DNA of 53,910 bases from a virus (Duplodnaviria > Caudoviricetes), in IMG/VR virus record IMGVR_UViG_3300006790_000002, positions 1 through 53,910 of that record; one strand, written 5' to 3'. Every line of letters begins with the position of its first letter. Position 1 is the stretch's first letter. This document shows, in pieces, positions 1-7,736 of this stretch. The position numbers and the translations under genes were made by a program. The notes under the pieces were generated by a model. The model saw only the letters and a program-made list of their open reading frames with translations, was not told where the DNA came from and did no database searches.

Positions 1-123
1 AAAATACTGTACGCCTGTACAGTGTTTGTCATGCAACCACTACCAACGTAGTTGATTGACGCTTTTTCTGGGGTTGGGTTGACATGGCAGTACGGTTTTG
101 ATACCTTGGTATGACAGAGATGA
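1..123. repeat. Terminal direct repeat, copy 1 (circularisation overlap)
   Basis: Bases 1-123 are identical to 53788-53910. Confidence 0.97.
79..107 (+). promoter_or_regulatory. Sigma70-type promoter for the replication operon
   Basis: TTGACA (79-84), 17-bp spacer, TACCTT (102-107) with extended -10 TG at 99-100; lies upstream of ORF 355 and the primase-helicase. Confidence 0.55.
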
Positions 124-354
124 CACCCCCCTACCTGGGTTGAATCCCTGTATTTTGTCACAGTAACAGAGTAGCCAGTACTTACATGCCACAGCTAAAT
201 ACCTGTAATCTCTTGTCTGTCAATCTATCTATTAGCAGAGAAAGGTAGGAAAAAACTATTAGGTGGAATCAATCTCACAACCTACCAGATAGGTAGATAG
301 ATTCATTCCCTAAAAGTTTTCTGCACACACCTGTCAACCAACATTGGAGCCCAA

Positions 355-774
355 ATGACCGAACTACAGGACCGATTGTCCACCCTTGCCAACGACCTCT
401 CGAATGAGCTTGGAGTCTCTCGACTCGAAGTCACCGTGCTTGCTCTGGAGTACATCTCCAAAGGCACAAAAGACTGGCCGCTACTTATGACATCCTTCTC
501 TTCGTCGGTTCCTCAGCCCGAGGGGTTGGACACTTCCGACTACCCATCTTCCGCTACCGTTCTCAAGGTTGCCATGCAGATGGGAGACTATGGTTTTTCG
601 CTGGACCACCTGATCGATGCGGTCGGTCCTGATATGATCATCCGGCCGAAGGCTTACAAGAACCAACTGTCTCGTCTCCTTCAGAGCCACGGCTTCTTCC
701 AGAAGCAGGTAAGGCAAGAAGGAAAACGTCCTCTCCTCTGGTTCCACCCCGAGCGCTGCGGCATCTCTAACTAA
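355..774 (+). CDS. Hypothetical protein, 139 aa
   Basis: GGAG SD upstream; first ORF of the co-oriented replication operon. Confidence 0.75.
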   Translation: MTELQDRLSTLANDLSNELGVSRLEVTVLALEYISKGTKDWPLLMTSFSSSVPQPEGLDTSDYPSSATVLKVAMQMGDYGFSLDHLIDAVGPDMIIRPKAYKNQLSRLLQSHGFFQKQVRQEGKRPLLWFHPERCGISN

Positions 775-835
775 AAGAAAACCTCGCCTTCCGCCGGAGT
801 CAAGTAGCGGAAGACGAGGAGATCAGGAGTCAAGC

Positions 836-3118
836 ATGAATGAAATAACGTGGCTACCCTGGAACATGAGTCTATTCCGAGGTGGCTTCACTACTGTACG
901 TCCGTCCAGTATCCTTGTCAAGCAAGTCAGTCAACTTGAGAAGTTCTTCACGGATCCTCCCTGGCGTCAACGAGAGTTCCCAAAGAACAAACTGCACTGC
1001 TGGTCGCCTGCGCTGTTCCCTGCCCAGGGAGATAAGTGCAAACGCGCCAACGAGAATGTTGTCGGGATCTCTGCAATCGTCTTCGACTACGACCATCCCA
1101 AGTGGAGCGCGGAGCGAATGGCCGAACATCTCCGTTCGCTGGAGATCGCCTTCTGCGTCTACACCACTTGGTCGCACACGGACGAAGAGCCAAGATACCG
1201 CGTGGTAGTTTTCCTGTCCCGGCGAGTCAGCCCCAAAGAGTTCACGAAGGTTCGGGAGGAATGCCTCGCGCTAATCGGATACACGGAAGGAGTAGACACT
1301 GGATGCAGTGACCTCGCGAGACTCTACGCCATGCCCGTTCGAAGAACTGGTGCTTCCTTTCAGAGTTTCTTAGAGGTATCATCTACTCCCTTGTGTGTGG
1401 ATTCATTGATGACTGATACTAAAGAAACAGGCGAGGTAGAGTCTTCAGCTTCAGGCGGACTTCTACTTGCTCCCTCCACTGTTCTTGTTCTCTCCGAAGA
1501 CGGACAGGACAAAGCTCCCGTCGAAGACCTGCTGCTCCTTGGTGCTGCAAAGCACAAGTGTGCATGTCCCTTCCAAGAAGATGCCTCGTTCGGTAGCGCG
1601 TTCTTGCGCGTGATGAATGACGGACGCGCCTTCTTGATGTGTACAAGCGAGAGGCATGACCACGACAAGTCCCAGTTCTGGCTCAAAGGATCCAAGGGCA
1701 AAGGGGAAGGGGGAAAGAAGAAAACCCGCGGCGCTGCTCACTCCGTGCTCAAACGCAAGGAACTCCTCGCTGAGGTGCCCGAGAAGCTCAGGTTCTACAT
1801 TGACTCCAACATCGTGTTCAACGCTCCTCAGAACGTCTTCTACCGCCGTTCTCAGGGTGGCTGGCAGGTAGGTTCTCCTCTCCGCAAGGATGGAATCTTC
1901 AATCATCTCATCGGCAAGTTGTCCGATGGTCTCGATGGAAGTCACGTCAACGCGATGCTCGACCACATTCTTTCTCGCCAAGTCTACGGATTCACCTGCG
2001 ACTCCTCTCGTGGTCCTACCATCTATGAAGACGGCATTGGCGCCATGCTCAATCTCTACGCTCGCCCGGAGATTCGTCCGCTCGAAGGCAAGTTCGATCG
2101 CATCTCTCAGATCATCGATGTGCTCTGCGATGGAGATGAGAAGGCTGTGAACTGGCTGATGCACTGGTGTGCTTCTCTCGTTCAGCAGCCCGAGCGTCGT
2201 TCCATGGTGGCAGTTCTTTGCATGTCTCCTCAGCAAGGTGTGGGTAAGTCGATGTTCGGCAGACTCCTCTCTGCTGCTGTCGGAGAACGCAACAGCGCGA
2301 TTGTCTCCAACCGAGCCCTGAAGGATTCCTTCAACGCAAGCTACGTCACGAAGCTACTGGTCCTCGCTGACGAGGTTGCGGTGTCTGGTTCCCGGGATGC
2401 TGACTCTGTCATCCCTGCACTCAAGGCATACATCACGGATGACCGGGTTCCCTGTCGCGCTCCCTATGCTGCCCGGACGGAAGTCGAGAACCGAATGACC
2501 TGGTGGCTCACTTCCAACGACCGACGCCCTCTCATGCTGGAGAAGGATGACCGTAGGTTCACGGTCCTTGTGCCCGGGAAGTGTGATTGGGAATACCGCA
2601 AGATGCTCTCCGGTTGCTTCAATCCGAAGACAGGCAAGTACTCCAAATCTTTCGCCCTGGAAGTTAGAGCATTCGCTCACCATCTCCATGCGATGGAAGT
2701 CGACTACTACTTGATCTCTCGTCCCTTCGCTGCTCCTGCTCGTAAGCTCTTGCAGGATGCATCTCGCGGAAGCGTTGATCACTTCGTGGATCTCATTGCA
2801 GAAGTCGGAGCCGCTGCTGCTTTGGCTGACTATCCCCCTGGTCCAGACTTCATGGGAGTTCAGGTTCCCGACTCCGTCTACTCTCGGGGAGTCATCCCCT
2901 GCGAACTCATCTATGGATCCTACCGAACATGGTGTGAGCGAAACGGACGACGAGACATCCGACCAGAGTCAACTCTTCGTCTGGCGCTCATCGCCATCAC
3001 CTCGGTACATGCCAAGTGGATTATGATTGGAGGAAAGAAACTCCAAGCTTACATGGGTCTCCCTGCCCAGAAGGAAGAAGAGAAAGTCATTGAGATGCCC
3101 GGTGCTGGAATCTCGTAA
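836..3118 (+). CDS. Primase-polymerase / SF3 helicase fusion (NrS-1-like architecture)
   Basis: N-terminal VFDYD, YTTWSH and PRYRVV prim-pol motifs; Cys/His cluster in the linker; C-terminal Walker A QQGVGKS, Walker B LVLADE, motif C LTSN and DDRRF; AGGAG SD. Confidence 0.88.
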   Translation: MNEITWLPWNMSLFRGGFTTVRPSSILVKQVSQLEKFFTDPPWRQREFPKNKLHCWSPALFPAQGDKCKRANENVVGISAIVFDYDHPKWSAERMAEHLRSLEIAFCVYTTWSHTDEEPRYRVVVFLSRRVSPKEFTKVREECLALIGYTEGVDTGCSDLARLYAMPVRRTGASFQSFLEVSSTPLCVDSLMTDTKETGEVESSASGGLLLAPSTVLVLSEDGQDKAPVEDLLLLGAAKHKCACPFQEDASFGSAFLRVMNDGRAFLMCTSERHDHDKSQFWLKGSKGKGEGGKKKTRGAAHSVLKRKELLAEVPEKLRFYIDSNIVFNAPQNVFYRRSQGGWQVGSPLRKDGIFNHLIGKLSDGLDGSHVNAMLDHILSRQVYGFTCDSSRGPTIYEDGIGAMLNLYARPEIRPLEGKFDRISQIIDVLCDGDEKAVNWLMHWCASLVQQPERRSMVAVLCMSPQQGVGKSMFGRLLSAAVGERNSAIVSNRALKDSFNASYVTKLLVLADEVAVSGSRDADSVIPALKAYITDDRVPCRAPYAARTEVENRMTWWLTSNDRRPLMLEKDDRRFTVLVPGKCDWEYRKMLSGCFNPKTGKYSKSFALEVRAFAHHLHAMEVDYYLISRPFAAPARKLLQDASRGSVDHFVDLIAEVGAAAALADYPPGPDFMGVQVPDSVYSRGVIPCELIYGSYRTWCERNGRRDIRPESTLRLALIAITSVHAKWIMIGGKKLQAYMGLPAQKEEEKVIEMPGAGIS

Positions 3119-3142
3119 ACATAAAACAAAGGAGACAAGACG

Positions 3143-4786
3143 ATGGAGAACAGGCCGTTCGTCTTTTGCAGAAGTGTGCCCGAAGGTGCTGAGGATATCC
3201 CTGGCATCTGGGAGAACAAGAACGGAACGTATCGCGTTCCACTGAACGCCCATTCAGTTCTGGGTTGGGAGTCACCCATCCCGAAGGAAGTCAACGACGA
3301 GGTAGTTTCCGCTTTCCTCGCCAGTCCGCTACTTCTGGACAACTTGAATGGATTCGCGAAGGAGCACCAGCGTCGGATGCTCAGGAAGGCTTTCGCTGTT
3401 CCTGGCTCACACGGCTGGGCTCCCCCAGGTGCAGGGAAAACTCTCGTCGGTCTCGTTTACGCTTTGGGCGTAGCACCGATGGGAGTAAAGCTTATCGTTA
3501 CAAAAGCCGCTGCTCGTGGAACGTGGGCCGAACAATGCGAGAGATACACAGTTCTCGAACCCGAACTGCTAACTGGTCAGACGGCAAGAACTATCCCCAG
3601 GGATCCAACCAAGTTGTACATAACTGCCTGGGAGACAATCAAGTACTGGGCCGAAGCTATCGTAAAGGTGCGACCCGCAGTTGCTGTATGGGATGAGATT
3701 CACTGGCTGCGTCGACCTAAGCATACCAAAGCTACCGTGATGCCCGATGGCTCAGTTCGCTTTGATGGTCTGGGCAACAGCCTGGACTCTGCCCGGAAGA
3801 TTGCTGCTGTCACGGAAAGACGACTTGCTCTAACCGCCACCCCTGTGCCCGGGAGGGTGAGAGACCTATGGACACAGTTGGACATCATCGAGCCCTGGCA
3901 GTGGGGAAGCTTCCACCAGTTTGGTTTACGCTACTGCGCTGGCCAGCACAATGGTTACGGCTACGAGTACTTGGGAAAGAGTAACGTTGAGGAACTCGGA
4001 ACTCGCCTGAGAGAGATCAAGGTTCGCGTCTCCCGAGATGAAGTCAACAAGCATCTGCCCAAGAAGAGACGAGAGGTTGTTCGCTTAGAAGTATCTGAGC
4101 AAGACAAGCCTGCGGCGATGAAGCGGGAACTTGCCCGAGCAAAGAAGAATCTCAAGGGCGGAGGAGAAGAGGCCCGAGAGAGTTACTTCGAGGCTCTCCT
4201 CATGGAAGCTGCATCTCGCAAACACTCTTACGTTCAGGAGCGAGTTCTCACTGCCCTGAAGTGCAGGCAGAAAGTCACGGTGTTCTCAGGACGACGCATC
4301 GACTGCGAACGCCTCGCTACCAAACTCAAGAAGATCACTGACACCATTCCCGGCTGTGGGATGTGGTGGGCTCACGGAGGAACAGATCCTTCTGAGCGAG
4401 ACAAGATCCGCCACACTTATATGGATCACCCTGGGCCATGTCTGCTCGTCGGAACCGGAGATGCCTGGGGAGAAAGCGTGGACCTCCAAGACACAGACCT
4501 GGCGCTCATCGCTATGCTGCCCTGGACTCCAGACAAAGTCATCCAGTGGGAAGGACGTTTCTCCCGACTGGGCCAGAAGCGTGCGGTGCTCGTGTCCTAT
4601 GTGATTGCCCGGACGACTGCGGATGAAGACGTTGCGGACACTCTCCTGGACAAGCTGCCGCATGTCGGAGAGATCGCAGAAGATGGAGCAGCGGAAGAAA
4701 TCGAGAACGCGCTGGGGGGAGTTGATAACTCCGAAGGCGCAGCAGAACGTTTGCTCCAACGTGTGGCTCAGTTGACATCCCCTTGA
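3143..4786 (+). CDS. SF2 (SNF2-like) DExH helicase
   Basis: PGAGKT (motif I), WDEIH (II), ALTATP (III), QWEGRFSRLGQ (VI). Confidence 0.9.
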   Translation: MENRPFVFCRSVPEGAEDIPGIWENKNGTYRVPLNAHSVLGWESPIPKEVNDEVVSAFLASPLLLDNLNGFAKEHQRRMLRKAFAVPGSHGWAPPGAGKTLVGLVYALGVAPMGVKLIVTKAAARGTWAEQCERYTVLEPELLTGQTARTIPRDPTKLYITAWETIKYWAEAIVKVRPAVAVWDEIHWLRRPKHTKATVMPDGSVRFDGLGNSLDSARKIAAVTERRLALTATPVPGRVRDLWTQLDIIEPWQWGSFHQFGLRYCAGQHNGYGYEYLGKSNVEELGTRLREIKVRVSRDEVNKHLPKKRREVVRLEVSEQDKPAAMKRELARAKKNLKGGGEEARESYFEALLMEAASRKHSYVQERVLTALKCRQKVTVFSGRRIDCERLATKLKKITDTIPGCGMWWAHGGTDPSERDKIRHTYMDHPGPCLLVGTGDAWGESVDLQDTDLALIAMLPWTPDKVIQWEGRFSRLGQKRAVLVSYVIARTTADEDVADTLLDKLPHVGEIAEDGAAEEIENALGGVDNSEGAAERLLQRVAQLTSP

Positions 4787-4796
4787 CATTTGATCC

Positions 4797-4824
4797 TTGC
4801 AGAGCACAACCACTTGGCTATAAT
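4797..4824 (+). promoter_or_regulatory. Internal sigma70-like promoter upstream of the recombination module
   Basis: TTGCAG, 16-bp spacer, perfect TATAAT at 4819-4824, then GAGGAG SD and ATG at 4840. Confidence 0.5.
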
Positions 4825-4839
4825 AGAGGAGAACAGGCA

Positions 4840-5655
4840 ATGAAACTCTTAGACGCTGGCCCTTCTGAAAGAGGGTGGCACCGAATCCAAACAGTCATCC
4901 GATGTCCCAGGCTCTTCGCCTGGAGAGAGATCGGAGGCAAACGATTCAAGGTGTCGGCTCCATTAGTGAACGGATCTTTGATCCACGTTGCTCTTGCTCA
5001 TCACTACCAACGCCTCAAAGAAAAACAGACCGGAGGGAATCCAGATGATTGGCTCTTGCCAGAAGATGCAATCGTCGCCCTTGCTGAGAAGAACGCAGAA
5101 GAGTCTCCCTTGTGGATGTCTGCAATCCCTCAGATTCAAGATGCCTACTTCGCCTATCGGCACAACTGGCATTTCGAAGAATGGAAGGTTCTCGATGTCG
5201 AGCATCAACTTAGAGCCCGGTTGGGAGAGAAGAAGCATCTCTACACCCAGCGAGCAGATCTCATCATCGAAGACGCGAACGGAAGAGTTTGGATCGTTGA
5301 TCACAAGTCGGCTTACCGACTCAACTCTAAAACTCTTCGGCAGCACATTCTCGATGGACAGTTCATCGGGTATCAACTTTTCGGGAAGGCTCGGTACGGT
5401 TCTAAGTTCGCGGGAGTTCTCGTGAACCGAATCAAACTCTCACCTCCCTTCGACTTTGACCGTCGTCCTCTCGAACCCGCGCCTCGCGCGTTGAAGCATT
5501 TCGTTCAAGTCATCGAAGAGGGAGAACGCAAGATCTCTCTCTTTGAAGGGAAGCCCATCGAGGAATGGCCCATGGCTCTCAACAACCAAACCTGCTTCGG
5601 CAAGTACGGACAGTGTGACGCATACGACCTGTGCCGATTCGGAGATGAAGGATGA
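4840..5655 (+). CDS. PD-(D/E)XK exonuclease, Cas4/AddB-like with probable 4Fe-4S cluster
   Basis: CPR near the N-terminus; GSLIH, VE, RADLI, IVDHKS and QFIGY motifs; C-terminal C-x6-C-x5-C. Start moved to ATG 4840 on SD evidence. Confidence 0.85.
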   Translation: MKLLDAGPSERGWHRIQTVIRCPRLFAWREIGGKRFKVSAPLVNGSLIHVALAHHYQRLKEKQTGGNPDDWLLPEDAIVALAEKNAEESPLWMSAIPQIQDAYFAYRHNWHFEEWKVLDVEHQLRARLGEKKHLYTQRADLIIEDANGRVWIVDHKSAYRLNSKTLRQHILDGQFIGYQLFGKARYGSKFAGVLVNRIKLSPPFDFDRRPLEPAPRALKHFVQVIEEGERKISLFEGKPIEEWPMALNNQTCFGKYGQCDAYDLCRFGDEG

Positions 5656-5861
5656 TTCTTCTCAAAGTCACCGACGAAGAGAAGAAGGTTGTTCTTGAAG
5701 CCCTTCACTTTCTCGCAAGAGAACTCGACGACATGATCAAGACCTACAGCGATGCAGAGACTGAAAGAGAAATCGAGAAACTGAAACTCTTGGATCAGAT
5801 CATAGATGTGATTCAACTAACTGATCGACCTGAGTTGACCGATCAAAAACCTGTGTGTTAG
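5652..5861 (+). CDS. Small hypothetical helical protein, 69 aa
   Basis: ATGA overlap with the upstream gene; in operon. Confidence 0.7.
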   Translation: MILLKVTDEEKKVVLEALHFLARELDDMIKTYSDAETEREIEKLKLLDQIIDVIQLTDRPELTDQKPVC

Positions 5862-5898
5862 CTTTCGTGAACCAACAAGTGTGTGTTTGGAGAAATCA

Positions 5899-6855
5899 AT
5901 GTCTACTAAGAATGGATCTAATGGGTCCAATGGCCGAAGCAGTTCGCCTGCTGGGGGCGTATTCATCTGCCTCTACGGCCCAAGTAAAGCCGGAAAAACA
6001 ATCGCCTCCGCAGCAGCAGGAGCAACGGGAGTCTTCATTGGAGATCCCGCTGGTCTTCTCTCAGCCCAGAGATTCCTTGGGCTTGAGAAGCTGAACATCG
6101 CTCCGGCGAAGATTGTTCCAGAAGCGACGGCGGCGATTGAAGCCGTTGTTTCCAAGGGAGCGAAAGTTCCTTCTATCGTTATCGATGACTTCTCTTTGAT
6201 GGTTGAGTCTACAATCAACGAGTACGAATCCTCCAAGGGTCGAGGCGGAATGTGGTCCGCTCTTACGCGAGATGTCCTCGCGTGTCGAGACGCCGCTCGC
6301 GCGGCTACTGCCCAGGGGATGGTTGTAATCTTCAACTGTCATGAACAGCCTCCACGGACCAGCAGCGGTAAGTTCGTTCGCGGTGGTCCTTCACTGCCTG
6401 GCCAGCTTCCAGAAAAGTTTAGTGGCATGGTCGACGTGATTGGCCGAGCAATGTTCGAGCCTACCGCTGCCCCGTGGAAATACCAACTCTGCTTCAAACC
6501 CCAGGCCGACTATGTCTCTGGAGATCGACTTTCCGTGTTCCCGGGAATGGCTCCGATGAATGTCGCTGAGGGACTTCGAGCAGCGGGATACTTGATTCCC
6601 TACCCCAAGGGACTTGAGTGGATCGACAAAGTTGCCCAGGGAGTTTGCGATGAGATCCTCAAAGCAGGAATCGAGAACTGGTCAGACGTTCTCCAGAAAG
6701 CTGTCGAGAAACTCAAGGGCAAGCGAGAGATCGCTCACATTCGCTGGGCTCTCCAGGATGGTCTGCATCGTGCAACCATCAAACATTACGAAGCCGTCGA
6801 GGCACTTGATCTGTTCTCGCGACCGATCGAAGACGAAGAGGCTTTATTCATTTAG
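5899..6855 (+). CDS. AAA_24 / Sak4-like ATPase (ssDNA-annealing recombinase candidate)
   Basis: Walker A YGPSKAGKT, SIVIDDFS, VIFNCHE; lies between the exonuclease and SSB, the usual Sak4 context; start at ATG 5899 after GGAG. Confidence 0.75.
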   Translation: MSTKNGSNGSNGRSSSPAGGVFICLYGPSKAGKTIASAAAGATGVFIGDPAGLLSAQRFLGLEKLNIAPAKIVPEATAAIEAVVSKGAKVPSIVIDDFSLMVESTINEYESSKGRGGMWSALTRDVLACRDAARAATAQGMVVIFNCHEQPPRTSSGKFVRGGPSLPGQLPEKFSGMVDVIGRAMFEPTAAPWKYQLCFKPQADYVSGDRLSVFPGMAPMNVAEGLRAAGYLIPYPKGLEWIDKVAQGVCDEILKAGIENWSDVLQKAVEKLKGKREIAHIRWALQDGLHRATIKHYEAVEALDLFSRPIEDEEALFI

Positions 6856-6974
6856 TGGATCGGGGGTAGCCAGGTTTTTTCCTTTGTACCAGTGGCGCTA
6901 CCTCCGATCCCATCTCTCCCACTCGCGTGTGTGTTGTGGGTTTTCACCCCCAGACTTTGACATAGGAGTCATAA

Positions 6975-7511
6975 ATGTCTGTAACTATCGAACTTGATTT
7001 CACCGGTCACTCCCCCGCGGGTGCTGGTATTGGTTACCTCGAAACTGGCCTGCACTCGGCTCAGATCTTGGAGTTTCGTCACTACGAAGATTCCAACCGA
7101 TTGCTGGTCTACATGATCACGGAGGGCGTCCGTCACAAGGACAGCTTCTCCCTGAGCCCCAAAGCTATGCCTTTCCTCATGGGCTTCCTGGTTTCGGCTG
7201 GAGTTCCTGAGAGCAAGCTGAAAGGAAAGACTAAGTTTCCCTTCGACAAGCTTGCCGGAAAGTCCGTGTACTTCAACTACACCGCTCCCACCATGGGTGC
7301 GAACGGTCGTCCTGTTGAGGGAAGTTACGCTGACTACCGCTACATCAACGAGAACTACTTCAACCAGATGAAGAAGGCCCAATCCGCTCCGGCTCCTGCT
7401 GACTTCAAAGTCGAGGCCGAGCCAGCCCCTGCCGCACAGCCTGTGTCAAATGGCGCGGCTCCAGTTGCTAAGACCTCATCTTCCGATGAGTTCGAGTTCC
7501 TGATGGATTGA
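6975..7511 (+). CDS. Putative ssDNA-binding protein
   Basis: Follows the Sak4-like gene; beta-rich core, Ala/Pro linker and acidic-aromatic C-terminal tail SSSDEFEFLMD. Confidence 0.7.
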   Translation: MSVTIELDFTGHSPAGAGIGYLETGLHSAQILEFRHYEDSNRLLVYMITEGVRHKDSFSLSPKAMPFLMGFLVSAGVPESKLKGKTKFPFDKLAGKSVYFNYTAPTMGANGRPVEGSYADYRYINENYFNQMKKAQSAPAPADFKVEAEPAPAAQPVSNGAAPVAKTSSSDEFEFLMD

Positions 7512-7736
7512 CCAGTGCCCTTCGGGGCGTGAGCGGCGGAGCAGGGAGGCATGTCCGCGGTCTAACAGATGTCTCAACTTTTTTTATCTTTCTTGGAAAT
7601 TAATCTCCTCCTTGACCGTGTACATAGTGAGGGAGGACTACCAGCGATCTTCTTCCCTCAAGGGGAGGAGTGGTTACCTCCGGCCCCTTCCCCCTTTCGT
7701 AGTGGTGCGGGGGAGGGGGCACCTTCCCCAGAACTT

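Noticed and set aside
1-123. 123-bp terminal repeat as the biological terminal repeat of the virion DNA
   Set aside because: An exact short overlap of this kind is what assemblers leave on circular contigs; it cannot be called a physical end without reads.
4840-5655. Cas4-like gene as evidence of a CRISPR-Cas system
   Set aside because: I saw no repeat-spacer array or other cas genes; the context is a standard exonuclease-Sak4-SSB recombination module.
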